Counted from the first letter of the stretch, positions 12,135 to 24,802 are shown. The stretch: 61,797 nt of DNA from Tubiluchus corallicola (GCA_030141605.1 JAQGDQ010001114.1:1-61797), one strand, 5' to 3'. Numbers and translations are program-made. The notes: generated from the letters alone by a model not told the origin.

Positions 12135-15100
12135 TTATTAGTTTATCACCATTTTTAAAATAGCAAAATACATAACTAACAGATTTATAAATCTATACAA
12201 CATACAATAATATTACAAAGTAATTATTAATTAGTGGCAAAAGAACTATAAGTTATCAAGGTCAGCCACCCTCTCAGGATTGTTACTAATTTAATTAATT
12301 AATTAACAGATGCTGATCTCAGTAAATGAATACTGCCTAAAAGTAATTAGTAATCACAATTACTAGAAATCAGCGTTATCACCCAACACTAAAAAACTAG
12401 TGGTGTACTAGTAACACTATACATATGAGATCACTGTTAATTGTAAATATGTATTTGTATGGCAGTTATAGCAAAATCGGACGAGCAACTGCTTGTGGTT
12501 TAGTAGCTTGCATTTGTTATGTAGTACTTATATAAAAATAAGCTCAGTAACTGTCTGTGGTGTGTTAAAACATGCACTTTTATGAATATGAAATTACACA
12601 TTTTCTAAGAAGAATAAAAAATTTCAACACTGAACACCTATATTCTGGGGACCCCCAAAATTTGCGACCTAGGCTACAGCCTAGTTAGCCCATTTGTCAA
12701 TACGATCCTAACTATACTTAGAATAATTAAAACTTATTAACCTGTGCAACAGTTTACCTACATGCATCTTAAACTACTGTTTTTTTTTGAAAAATCTCTT
12801 ACAATACACTAATATTCTATTCATTTACCAACAATAATTATGAAAATGTCAGCCATTATCGACAAATTAGTAACGAAAAACTTACAGATATTGGCTTCAT
12901 GCTGTTATTAACAGTTGGCATCATCCATTGCTGTATCATCATTAACAGAAGCTGCGATAAAATCACCTAAACAAAGTGAGAAAACAAGTGAAAGAAAATA
13001 ATGATTTTCAAACTATCACTTGAAACACCAAAGCAAGTATGGTTGACAATAAGAAATTTCTATTTTCTTAACGCACTGACACTAAACACAGCGTAGACCA
13101 TTACATCTAGTACTGAGTGTCACTTTAGGTTCAACAGAAGTTCAAAAAGTAGAAAATTTTCATTGTTTACAAGAACAGCTCGATTTTAACTTCAAGAAAG
13201 GGGCAAAATATACGAATTGCAAGAGGAGTGATCTTCCCAGTGACATTACACGAGTTTTTAGGGTAATAGCATGGTATCGGCTCTTAAAATGTCAGTAAAC
13301 GCTGTTATACACCATTCGCATAAATGTAATTAGACCGGGTGATTAGGCAATGTGGTATAGCTCAATGGTAGCATGCTCGCTGCCACCCGGGAGGTCGCAG
13401 GATCAACTCCCGATTGAGTCGCTACCGAAGACTTAAAAAATGCTATCCCTGGTTCTCTGCCAAAGCACACTGGCTTATCGAAGTAACAATCAGGCCAAGG
13501 TTGGAAATAAGTGTTGAGTTACTTAAGGTGTTATCGCTGGAGTTACTTAAGGTGTTATCGCTGGAGTTACTTAAGGTGTTATCGCTGGAGTTACTTAAGG
13601 TGTTATCGCTGGAGTTACTTAAGGTGTTATCGCTGGAGTTACTTAAGGTGTTATCGCTGGAGTTACTTAAGGTGTTATCGCTGGAGTTACTTAAGGTATT
13701 ATCGCTGGAGTTACTTAAGGTGTTATAGCTGGAGTTACTTAAGGTGTTATAGCTGGAGTTACTTAAGGTGTTATCGCTGGAGTTACTTAAGGTGTTATCA
13801 CTGGAGTTACTTAAGGTGTTATCACTGGAGTTACTTAAGGTGTTATCGCTGGCGTTACTTAAGGTGTTATCGCTGGAGTTACTTAAGGTGTTCACACAGT
13901 TACTAAATTTATTCACACAGTAATAAGATAATCATTGTTAGAATCATAAACAAATACCATTTCTGCAATTCGTCTGAAGAGAAAAGTTTTGCGAATTCTT
14001 GTTGAGCGTGGAAAGTTCAGTTCGTAGCACAAAGTTGGTGCTAACATGAAGAAATACATATCTGCAAATACATAAAACTAACCAACAAGAAATACATGAA
14101 GCATAGAGAAAAGTATCTTACGTGTATTTTCATTAACTGAGTAAGAACACAGTTTGAGCTCATAGGCAAAGATTACTTGATTTAGTTAACAGAAAATTTG
14201 AATCACCTCTCTATACAAGTACCGCCCTTAAGAGCGAATTGCATTATTCACTTGCACGCGCACCTCTCAGCCACTCAAATTTTGTCCTCTCTCACTGGCG
14301 GTTCGTGTATAGGTTCTGTCAAATTGCAGCATCCAATATAATAAATGTTTTTCATATTCAATATTCAATATAAGTGTTTTTTCTTTAGTGTGATATGATA
14401 AGTTACGATAAAGACTAAGAAAAAATTACAAAAGCACAAACCTTTTAATGTTAGATTACTTGGGTAACGCACTAAATCTTGCTTCAGATCACCATTGCTC
14501 AACGAAGGACCTGCAAGAGGAGAAACCTTCTAAAACATTTCAAATAAGAAGACTGCATACAGCTAAGTTTTCTTAAACTACCCCGAGGAATTCCAAATTC
14601 TAGAAATGTAGATCGTTTGTGTACCAAAACCCAATAAATTTATCAAGAACATCTGACAGAAAGTTTTCACAGTTATTACGCATGTCGTACGTAATTAAAG
14701 ATGTTAAATTTGCACACGTGTTGCCTTTTTGCCAAGTACAATTGCAGATTCAACACAAATGTATCACACATACCATATACAAAAAGATCCACAGATCCAC
14801 GGCGTGCGTGCCGTCGATTACGCGAGCGTGTTTCGTCTCTACACCAACGATTCACCTCGTGGTACGACCACAGTTTTAAAAACACTATACTATGGAAGCC
14901 AACAGCTACAGCAGCGCCAACTATAGTAAAAGATATGCAACAAATAATGAGTTTGCGCTTTACAATTACATTCATTCTAAATATTTGCGAAGTTACAAAA
15001 GATGCTGAATTAGTGCATGTTGAAAGCAGAGACAAAATTTGTGACGTACGTATGACGCTTTATTGCGACATCGTTTAAAAAAATTCACGTTGTACAACTA

Positions 15101-18100
15101 CTATTAAACAGGCCAACATTAACCCATTCATGTTTGAGATGATAACCCTTGTTGTTACTGCCAAATATTCACATTACAGATAAACAAGGTCAAGAATTCA
15201 ACAAGATTTAATAATATCATATTTGCATAAGATTAGTATTGCATATGTCGCACCCGCCAAGAGAAAAGCAAACAAAACTTGCAACTGACATGCACTGCAT
15301 TGGTTTTTTACAACATTATTGTAAACTGACATGCACTGCATTGGTTTTTTACAACATTATTGTAAACTGACATGCACTGCATTGGTTTTTTACAACATTA
15401 TTGTAAACTGACAAGCACTGCATTGGTTTTTTACAACATTATTGTAAACTGACATGCACCGCATTGGTTTTTTACAACATTATTGTAAACTGACAAGCAC
15501 TGCATTGGTTTTTTACAACATTATTGTAAACTGACATGCACCGCATTGGTTTTTTACAACATTATTGTAAACTGACATGCACCGCATTGGTTTTTTACAA
15601 CATTATTGTAAACTGACATGCACTGCATTGGTTTTTTACAACATTATTGTAAACTGACATGCACTGCATTGGTTTTTTACAACATTATTGTAAACTGACA
15701 TGCACTGCATTGGTTTTTTACAACATTATTGCAAACTGACATGCACTGCATTGGTTTTTTACATCACTATTGCAAACTGACATGCACTGCATTGGTTTTT
15801 TACAACATTATTGTAAACTGACATGCACTGCATTGGTTTTTTACAACATTATTGTAAACTGACATGCACTGCATTGGTTTTTTACAACATTATTGTAAAC
15901 TGACATGCACTGCATTGGTTTTTTACATCATTATTGTAAACTGACATGCACTGCATTGGTTTTTTACAACATTATTGTAAACTGACATGCACTGCATTGG
16001 TTTTTTACAACATTATTGTAAACTGACATGCACTGCATTGGTTTTTTACAACATTATTGCAAACTGACATGCACTGCATTGGTTTTTTACATCATTATTG
16101 CAAACTGACATGCACTGCATTGGTTTTTTACAACATTATTGCAAACTGACATGCACTGCATTGGTTTTTCACAACATTATTGTAAACTGACATGCACTGC
16201 ATTGGTTTTTCACAACATTATTGCAAACTGACATGCACTGCATTGGTTTTTTACAACATTATTGTAAACTGACATGCACTGCATTGGTTTTTCACAACAT
16301 TATTGCAAACTGACATGCACCGCATTGGTTTTTTACAACATTATTGTAAACTGACATGCACCGCATTGGTTTTTTACAACATTATTGCAAACTGACATGC
16401 ACTGCATTGTTTTTTTACAACATTATTGTAAACTGACATGCACTGCATTGGTTTTTTACATCATTATTGTAAACTGACATGCACTGCATTGGTTTTTTAC
16501 AACATTATTGTAAACTGACATGCACCGCATTGGTTTTTTACAACATTATTGTAAACTGACATGCACCGCATTGGTTTTTTACAACATTATTGTAAACTGA
16601 CATGCACCGCATTGGTTTTTTACAACGTTATTGTAAACTGACATGCACTGCATTGGTTTTTCACAACATTATTGCAAACTGACATGTACTGCATTGGTTT
16701 TTTACATCATTATTGCAAACTGACATGCACTGCATTGGTTTTTCACAACATTATTGCAAACTGACATGCACTGCATTGGTTTTTCACAACATTATTGTAA
16801 ACTGACACGGTTCATAGCTGCCGAATTTCAAATTGATCGTAACAATGATTTTTGTAGTTTGTATTGAATTTTCGACAAGAATAGTGCCTTAAATCGTGAT
16901 TTCATCTTGCACTGATGCTCATATGCAGTGTCTCTGTTACACAGTTTAAATGTAGTTTTACTGATAACAGAGATTACATTGTGGCTCCAACAGACAGTTT
17001 AACAACTGATAGTTTTCTTGCCAAAGCAACGTAACACTTACAGAATGCAGACAATAAACAAACAGTAGAAGCATTACAGTATGACTACTAGCAGTATAGA
17101 CACATACATAACATAATGTTGACAATCGCATTAAAGTTACTAGGTAAACAATCTAAACTAATGGTTAGAAGGGGTTAGTTAGAAATATATATTTCTGTAC
17201 AAGCTTAAATACTTGGATATTAACAGTTATATATTTAAGTGTTGATTGTCATGAAGAAGCAGATAAACGAGTTCATTTATTGACAGATTATAAATTCTAA
17301 CAATACAAAGAATTAGCAATAGTAAATACTTTCAACTACATATATTGTAATATTGTTGCAAAAAGTTCCAGGAAGATTAAAAAATTAGAAGTTTCCAACT
17401 TACTCGGGTTCGGCTGAATTGAAAGTATCACCCAAGATGGAATAACCAATATTGTTACTTCATTAAATATTTTCAGTGCTAATGCAACACGATCTGTTAT
17501 GACACCCTGAAACAAAAAATAGATTTCCTACAATGTATGAAAAGATGAACAATGCAATAAAGGTATTACTTGCATAATTATTGTTGCACTCAAAGGCATT
17601 ACTAGAGGGGTGCGTTCCTGGTTGCACCAACCCTAGCTACGCCCCAGGCTGCACCAACACTAACTACGCCCCTGGTTTCACCAACCCTAGCTACGCCCCT
17701 GGTTGCACCAACCCTAGCTATGCCCCAGGCTGCACCAACACTAACTACGCCCCTGGTTTCACCAACCCTAGCTACGCCCCTGGTTGCACCAACCCTAGCT
17801 ATGCCCCTGGTTGCACCAACCCTAGCTACGCCCCTGGTTTCACCAACCCTAGCTACGCCCCTGGTTGCACCAACCCTAGCTACGCCCCTGGTTGCACCAA
17901 CCCTAGCTACGCCCCTGGTTGCACCAACACTAACTACGCCCCTGGTTGCACCAACCCTAGCTACGCCCCTGGTTGCACCAACTCTAGCTACGCCCCTGGT
18001 TGCACCAACCCTAGCTACGCCCCTAATTGCACCAACCCTAGCTACGCCCCTGGTTGCACCAACGCTAGCTACGCCCCTGGTTGCACCAACTCTAGCTACG

Positions 18101-19331
18101 CCCCTGGTTGCACCAACCCTAACTACGCCCCTGGTTGCACCAACCCTAGCTACGCCCCTGGTTGCACCAACCCTAGCTACGCCCCTGGTTGCACCAACCC
18201 TAGCTACGCCCCTGGTTTCACCAACTCTAGCTACGCCCCTGGTTGCACCAACCCTAGCTACGTCCCTGGTTGCACCAACCCTAGCTATGCCCCTGGTTTC
18301 ACCAACTCTAGCTACGCCCCTGGTTGCACCAACCCTAGCTACGCCCCTGGTTGCACCAACCCTAGCTACGCCCCTAATTGCACCAACCCTAGCTACGCCC
18401 CTGGTTGCACCAACCCTAGCTACGCCCCTGGTTGCACCAACTCTAGCTACGCCCCTGGTTGCACCAACCCTAACTACGCCCCTGGTTGCACCAACCCTAG
18501 CTACGCCCCTGGTTGCACCAACCCTAGCTACGCCCCTGGTTGCACCAACCCTAGCTATGCCCCTGGTTTCACCAACTCTAGCTACGCCCCTGGTTGCACC
18601 AACCCTAGCTACGCCCCTGGTTGCACCAACCCTAGCTACGTCCCTGGTTGCACCAACCCTAGCGGCGCTTCTGGTTGCACCAACCCTAGCGATGCTTCTG
18701 GTTGCACCAACCCTAGCAACGCCCCTGGTTGCACCAACCCTAGCTACGCCCCTGGTTGCACCAACCCTAACTACGCCCCTGGTTGCACCAACCCTAGCTA
18801 CGCCCCTGGTTGCACCAACTCTAGCTACGCCCCTGGTTGCACCAACCCTAACTACGCCCCTGGTTGCACCAACCCTAACTACGCCCCTGGTTGCACCAAC
18901 TCTAGCTAGTTGAGCACATGTCCACACATGCTACAATAAACTGAAACAGTTTACATTAACAATAAAGATATATTACACAATTAAATAAACAATAAAAGTA
19001 CTAACCTTTGCTTGCCATAACTCAATGTAGAAGGCTGATAATATGTACACATTCATTCCTAAAAAAAGCATTCAAAAATTATACATGCAATGTAGAAACA
19101 GAAAGAAAGTTTAAAAAACTCCCACAACATTACGCTGTTGAGGGGGAGGTAGGAGGGCGATGTGTCCCTGTTACCTCAATTATGTGATGATCAATTGTAT
19201 TTAACTTATTAAGGAGCATTAGGTTTACAAAGGTTTACATTTCTTATCAAAGGTGGCACCACCAGGTTCTGTTTCACATATACATTACCGTCTCTCTGAT
19301 AAGTCTCATATACATATATATATAAACTATG

Positions 19332-19374
<43 letters not shown>

Positions 19375-19671
19375 CATACATCTTATAGAGCCACACACTA
19401 GAGGTGTTTTCTAATAATATTTTGGAGTAACAAAAACACTAGAAAATACACACATCAGTTATATTTCAACAATAATTTAATTTACATGTTTAGCTTTCGA
19501 TACACGCTACGTTCATCAGAACAAGGGAGCTGATTGCGGGGTCAATGGAGGGTCAACTCCTTTGTTCTGATAAAGATACCGCGTATCGAAAACTAAACAT
19601 CTAAATTAAATTAAGGTTGAAATATAACTGCTGTGTGCATTTTTCTCTAGTGTTTTTGTTGCTATATGTAT

Positions 19672-19703
<32 letters not shown>

Positions 19704-22700
19704 TACTATATGTTATAACTATATAGTAATATATATATATATATGTTACTATATATATATATATATATATATTATACTATATATATATATATATATATAG
19801 TAACAAAAACACTAGATAAAAAATACATATATATCCATAACCGTTGACAGCTATCTGCCAAAATTACTGAACTAGCCAAACCTACTTAAATTAACATGCT
19901 GCTACCGAAAATCATAAAACATATTACACAGCACTTAGCAAATTCCTTTCCACAGGCTTCAATTTTGCTAAAAAATTTTGGCAGTCAGAATTCCTGTGGA
20001 ATTCCTGCGTAGGAATACACAGATAGACAGACAAGCAAGAATTGAAAGTTATTTTTAACAATGAAAATGATACATATACAGACCGATCTGGTACGTGAAT
20101 TTATCTATGTATCATGTGACTGATATCATACTATAAACATTAAACTTGGATTAGATACTGTTGAAGTAATGTGATGATAACATGTAACATGTTTTGTTTT
20201 TAGTACAAAACGTAATTCTGTTCACATATGTAGAAGAGTAAAAGGAAATGCTTGCTTTATTAAAAAAGCTAAAATTGAAAAGCTTACAGCTACAATAAAC
20301 AACATTTTCTTTACTCTAACTGTACAAATAAGCAACCATAAACCAGGGATGAGAATGAGAAATTGCAAAAAACTCTGAAACAGGCCATGGGTTTTGGGGT
20401 CGCGTAGGCCCCCATTGGGATTGAAATTGCAATTTTGTGACCATAGAGACCCTCTAAGTGTTTCATGCAGAGTTTTGAAAAGCCAGACCCTCGCACAGTA
20501 CTTTCAGGGATGAGAATGACAAATTGCAAAAAACTCTGAAACAGGCCGGGGGGTTGGGGGCCACCTAGGCCCCCAATGGAGTTCAAGGGGCGACAGCAAC
20601 AAATTGCAATTTTGTGACCATAGAGAACCTCTAAGTGGACCTAATTTATCAGTTACCTTGTTTCATGCATAATTTAAAATACCCAACTATCAAGGATACA
20701 TGATACCTAATTGTATCAAAAACATCTAGTACTGGCCGCTCCTATGCAAAAGTATACAAAAACTGCCTGCAATTGACTCAAATAACTCTGCACAATTGAT
20801 TCTATATTTTTATACATAGAGATATACACGTGGTTACACTGATGTACGTGATGTAAACAATGTGACGGCCTGCCACCTAGCGGCCAGCTTGTGAAATAAT
20901 GTAATGCGTCCGTAAAAATTTTCTCAACGAATTTACGCGATTTACAAAAATGGCACTACTGGTCTTCCAAAAACTCGGAATTCCGCGTATCAGCGGAAAA
21001 TTCTCATCCCTGCATAAAACTCCAATGAGTAAAAATAACGCTTAAACAATTTGAAGTAGCTGCTGCTAAAAAAGAAAAATGTAACCACTAGAAGCTAGTT
21101 CCTTTCGCTCCCACTAGGGTAGCACATATTGTAAAACTGTCTCATATTTAGTTTGATGTTACATCTTCAATAAAATTATGCTTAAACCAAAAAGGCAATA
21201 ATCACCTAAAACAAGTGAAAATGAAGGCCACCGATATGGATCTTTCACAGCCATGTAAACCCATTGCAATGGATCAACTAATATCCCATATCTGAAAATC
21301 AAATTCAGATGTGTATGTGAAGTGAATATATGTGAAACTAATAATCATTTAAACTACAATTATCACTCGGACACTAAGAGTTTGATTGACAGCTGTGAGT
21401 ACAATATTTGAACTGAACACACTTACTTTCACTACAACATTTGAAGGTAGAATACTAGACTAATAACAGAATAACACTGCTAACACACGAAATATACAGG
21501 CTCTGCTTTAAACACTCGTTACTGTTGTGTTTTGTTTCTCTCGGAAGGCTCGTAGAGAAAACCAGAAAACACTTCATCAAATTAAACTAGTTTACTAAGC
21601 GAGAATTCTACAACACAAAAGTATGAAGGAACGCGAAATGTTTACAGTAAGCGTGATAATCTGGAAAACGTTTGAGTGTATCTGAAAATACAAGTATACA
21701 AGCGAATGTGTAAGTGGCGTCCGTGTGAATCTGTGTGTCTGTCTCAGCGGCCTGCTTCACCTTGTAGAGTGCACCCAAGAAACTTCCAGAAGTAATGTTC
21801 CAGAACATTCCACACGGTAAGACGATCATTCCAAAGGAACATTCTACAATGTTCTATGTAATTCTAATAGACGCCAGCGATCTCCACAACAGTTACCAAA
21901 GTACAACAAATACAGGTGTTTTCTGTAGTTTGGTAACGAGCGTTTAAAGCAAAGAACGTATACTTGGTGTCATGCTGCACAGGCTGGATAAATAATTATT
22001 AACACAAATATCTGGTATTATAAACCCTGCTACAGTATCGTCATAAGACAGTATGTAAGTGTTATAAAATTTGAAGACGAGTTTTTTACGCTTTATGTGT
22101 GAAGAGTGTTTTCTTGAACTTTAAAGAATAACTCTGAACATTCTCGCTGTTGCTACACATAAAAGTTGATAAACAACGTTTCACTAAACAAGAAATTTCA
22201 CTTTGTGAAGTGCGACTACTTTGTTTAACTGTGACATTACTCTCATGAAAGCAAAGTCAACTCTCCGTCTGTAAGTCTCTTATTGCCATAGAAATAAGAA
22301 TATAATTACTTACTTAATAACATTCTCCAAGGCAACCCTTGCATTTGACAGCACCTGTTACAAGTAGTATATACATGTATAACAAATGTTATATATTATT
22401 ACAGTGGAGCTGTCACAAGTTTAAAAAGATACATATGTGAAAAGTACATTAGTGTCACCTCCGCTATTACTATTACAGAAATAGATCTGTTGACCTACTC
22501 ATAGCTAAAGAGGCATTAAAGGACAAGTCAAGCTTTCTAGGACGTTAGGCTTATTTCAATGTTCGCAAAAAATGTTAGAAGAATTTGTAACAAAACTGCA
22601 ATAAAGGCCTCGTGTAATTAGTAAAATCACTTTAAACTTGCGATCACTTCATGCTTGGGCGCTCCCATTTTCAATGCCCATTCTTCTCCCAATGACGTCA

Positions 22701-24802
22701 TTCGTCTTGAAGAAAAGTGGCGCACTGTCAATCTTCAACAAAAGCATAATAAGTTTTTACAAAAAAATAGATAGCTAATTTTGTAATATTTTGCATGAAC
22801 GTTAGTTAAGCAGCAGAAGTGTGAATTCATTTACGCAGTGCGCCACTTATGGAAAGTTACAATGTCCCCCAGTCATAATTTTCAAGTGAATGGCAGCAAC
22901 CTCCACACCTGAAAATTTCTATTCAGAGGTAGTTTATTTTAAATTTATACTTTATAGGCAGTTCTTTGCAAATTTATTTGTTATCTTTTTCTAAGTTTAA
23001 GTGACAACAGTAATTTACCCAACATGCTGAGTGACTTGTTCTTTCTTTTAAGCAAAAATTATGTAAACTGTTGTGCTTTATTGATGTTGCGCAAATGCTT
23101 TTGTGGAATTTGGCTAATTGGTTACATATTAAAATACGATATGCTTTCCACTCGCAATCAAGCTTACGTACAAAAATATGAAAATAACTAAAATATCATA
23201 CCAAAAGTAAAATAGCTAAGTTGAAAAAGCCTCTGTAGTTGTTATACCCACTAGAACTGCTAAACAAAGAATCTCTTGGACAGTGAAATCTGAAATCAAA
23301 CCATAAAATTTCACATGTAAAGAATCAATCAATGAGCTGAACATTTTAAAAAGTAATTCTGCTACTAATGTTTGTATATATAGCACACATGCACAAGCAT
23401 GCACCTAGGCACCCACACACGCATGCACGCACACACACACACACACACACACAAACATGCACGTAGGCACATACACACACACACGTGTACGTGCGCACGC
23501 ACGCACACGCACGCATGCACACACACACACACATGCATGCACGCATGCACGCACACACACACACACACACAAACATGCATGTAGACACGTACACGCACAC
23601 AAACACATACACACATGTACGTGCGCACGCACGCACACGCACACACACACATGCATGCACGTGCACACACATGCATGCACACACACACAAACATGCACGT
23701 AGGCACGTACACGCACACAAACACATACACACGTGTACGTACGCACACACACACACACGCATGTACGCACACACACACACACGCATGCACACACGCACAC
23801 ACACACACATGCACGCACACACACATGCACGTACATGCACACACCCTCAACACACATGCTAGTGCTGCTGACATTGTTTCTGTCACTTTTTCTTATCACT
23901 TATGGAGTTGCTGTTGTTGTTCTTGTCACTACTGCTGCTGATGATGTTGCCAGCGGCGATGATAATGACAATCACAATGATAAAGATGATAAAACTGATG
24001 ATGAATAATGACAATTGCTTATGATATTTGTCACTCTTTAAAAATGGGCCCTACTGAATTTCCACTGAAGATATTTTTGAAGAACTTTGCTGTTTTCTGG
24101 TGTATGGACTTGATCTGCAATGAGTACATTTGCTTTGTTTTTCCTAGAGGTTTAAATCATTTGTGAGAAACACTATCACGAGATACTTCACTTGATGTAT
24201 TACCTGCTAATAAAGTGAAGTCATTAGCAGTTTTAGGTTCTTGTCCATACGTAATTTGTAAAGCGAAAAATGAAAACAAAAGATACTGTTAAATAACTCA
24301 TCTAAGGTTCACCAGTTTTAAACAATGTGGCTGTCAGCACTCTACATGTGGTTTAAAAAGTGACAAAAATCGCTCCGTAATCTTTACATTTCAGCTTTCA
24401 AACTGAAATAAACGTCAGTTCTAGCACACATCATGGATAAGCTTTCTGCCCGTTTTACTTTTAGTTTGGTTTCAAACATTCGTTTCTGGAAAATGCAATA
24501 ATGAAACCGTTAGCTCCCAAACTACTGTGTAATAGTTTTAGAAGACAAAATCACCGAAACGTAGGCCCAAAATGTTGTTTTCTTTAGTCCTGATTCGCTT
24601 TCTTGACGTTATGGTGAAAAGTTCTAATACTGCAATAAATCAACTCTTACGGCTTATCTGGCGCGTTCCGTCTTTCTTTTTTGTCTTCAAGTAAAATTTC
24701 TTCAGCTCTAGCTACCGAAACTGTTCTTTTCACGGCATATTTCTGTTTTGTCGGACTTGACCGGTCTATCAAACTACCTTCTGAACTACTAGTACTCGCC
24801 AT
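1343..24802 (-). CDS. DGAT1: Diacylglycerol O-acyltransferase 1 (MBOAT family), exons 1-14, 1236 nt / 412 aa; 3' end lies outside the window
   Basis: Exons 24651-24802, 23202-23289, 22314-22354, 21206-21291, 19006-19058, 17404-17506, 14774-14920, 14442-14510, 13958-14061, 12886-12966, 9992-10036, 5192-5244, 5033-5092, 1343-1496. Motifs [41 protein letters not shown] and catalytic SAFFHE. Confidence 0.96.
1838..3876. repeat. 85-bp tandem array, ~24 copies
   Basis: TAGTAAAGGA recurs at 1901, 1986, 2071 and onward. Confidence 0.95.
4479..4996. repeat. ~61-bp T-rich tandem array, ~8 copies
   Basis: Unit approx TTCTACTGTTAAACTGTTACTTTTTACTGCAAATTTCTACTTTTGTTTTACTTTTACCTTTAC. Confidence 0.9.
5033..5092 (-). 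CDS. DGAT1: DGAT1 exon 13
   Basis: [20 protein letters not shown] (FYxDWWN motif). Confidence 0.95.
5192..5244 (-). CDS. DGAT1: DGAT1 exon 12
   Basis: [18 protein letters not shown]. Confidence 0.95.
5442..5959. mobile_element. hAT-like MITE
   Basis: TIR TAGGGTTACCATA / TATTGTAACCCTA; 8-bp flanks TATTAAAA / TATTAAGA (7/8 TSD match); second left end at 5534. Confidence 0.7.
6296..7760. repeat. 86-bp tandem array, ~17 copies
   Basis: TATGAATG recurs at 6301, 6387, 6473 and onward. Confidence 0.95.
8421..9017 (-). mobile_element. 5'-truncated non-LTR retrotransposon 3' end (RTE-X-like), copy A
   Basis: KYLGHIL...YGRANKL...KFTHCSVNV...KLKVAYN resembles the post-RT region of RTE-X-type LINEs; AATAAA plus (TCTAAA)n tail. 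Confidence 0.8.
9992..10036 (-). CDS. DGAT1: DGAT1 exon 11
   Basis: [15 protein letters not shown]; 45 nt; phase 0-0. Confidence 0.95.
10202..10541. mobile_element. piggyBac-like MITE
   Basis: TTAA|CCCTTTCA...TGAAAGGG|TTAA. Confidence 0.75.
10944..11034. repeat. (AGTA)n/(AGTC)n microsatellite
   Basis: Seen directly. Confidence 0.95.
11032..11660 (+). mobile_element. 5'-truncated non-LTR retrotransposon 3' end (RTE-X-like), copy B
   Basis: ORF 11056-11544 [21 protein letters not shown]...HWRSLLYS; AATAAA plus (TCTGAA)n tail; near-identical to the reverse complement of 8421-9017. Confidence 0.85.
11658..12134. repeat. Compound (AGTC)n/(AGTA)n/(AGTG)n microsatellite
   Basis: Seen directly. 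The distal part may be the (ACTT)n tail of a minus-strand LINE 3' end at ~12135-12275. Confidence 0.95.
12886..12966 (-). CDS. DGAT1: DGAT1 exon 10
   Basis: [27 protein letters not shown]; 81 nt. Confidence 0.95.
13352..13500 (+). mobile_element. tRNA-derived SINE fragment (tRNA-Gly(GCC)-like head)
   Basis: A-box TAGCTCAATGG, CTGCCAC anticodon-like loop, degenerate B-box GGATCAACTCC, no proper acceptor stem, followed by a SINE-like body. Confidence 0.6.
13515..13892. repeat. 24-bp minisatellite, ~15 copies
   Basis: Unit CTGGAGTTACTTAAGGTGTTATCG. Confidence 0.95.
13958..14061 (-). CDS. DGAT1: DGAT1 exon 9
   Basis: [35 protein letters not shown]; 104 nt. Confidence 0.96.
14442..14510 (-). 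CDS. DGAT1: DGAT1 exon 8
   Basis: [23 protein letters not shown]. Confidence 0.9.
14774..14920 (-). CDS. DGAT1: DGAT1 exon 7
   Basis: [27 protein letters not shown]...; donor G|GTATGT. Confidence 0.92.
15281..16807. repeat. 41-bp tandem array, ~37 copies
   Basis: Unit AACTGACATGCACTGCATTGGTTTTTTACAACATTATTGTA. Confidence 0.95.
17404..17506 (-). CDS. DGAT1: DGAT1 exon 6
   Basis: [34 protein letters not shown]; donor GTAAGT. Confidence 0.88.
17616..18908. repeat. 27-bp GC-rich minisatellite, ~48 copies, fills most of DGAT1 intron 5
   Basis: Unit CCCTAGCTACGCCCCTGGTTGCACCAA. Confidence 0.95.
19006..19058 (-). CDS. DGAT1: DGAT1 exon 5
   Basis: [18 protein letters not shown]; 53 nt. Confidence 0.88.
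19427..19662. mobile_element. Inverted pair of Penelope-like terminal repeat fragments with minimal hammerhead ribozyme motifs, set among (TA)n
   Basis: Two ~107-bp imperfect inverted arms, each with TGTT-CTGAT(G/A)A-A-stem-GAAA(G/A)CTA-AACA; a third partial arm starts at ~19800. Confidence 0.6.
20344..21012. mobile_element. hAT-like MITE family M1, copy 1, with duplicated left end at ~20506
   Basis: TIR CAGGGATGAGAAT / ATTCTCATCCCTG; highly similar copies at 39797 and 46513. Confidence 0.85.
21206..21291 (-). CDS. DGAT1: DGAT1 exon 4
   Basis: [28 protein letters not shown]; 86 nt. Confidence 0.95.
22314..22354 (-). CDS. DGAT1: DGAT1 exon 3
   Basis: [14 protein letters not shown]; 41 nt; donor GTAAGT. 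Confidence 0.94.
23202..23289 (-). CDS. DGAT1: DGAT1 exon 2
   Basis: [29 protein letters not shown]; 88 nt. Confidence 0.95.
23383..23858. repeat. Degenerate (CA)n/(CACG)n microsatellite
   Basis: Seen directly. Confidence 0.95.
24651..24802 (-). CDS. DGAT1: DGAT1 exon 1
   Basis: [15 protein letters not shown]...[27 protein letters not shown]; donor GTAAGA; phase 2 fits exon 2. Confidence 0.85.

Noticed and set aside
13352-13425. tRNA-Gly gene
   Set aside because: No acceptor stem pairing and a degenerate T-arm; it continues into a SINE-like body.
17581-18927. 442-aa (CTNPSYAPG)n ORF, superficially like an antifreeze or adhesive repeat protein
   Set aside because: It is a 27-bp minisatellite open in three frames, lies within DGAT1 intron 5, starts at a non-ATG codon, has no signal peptide, and its unit variants are mostly non-synonymous.
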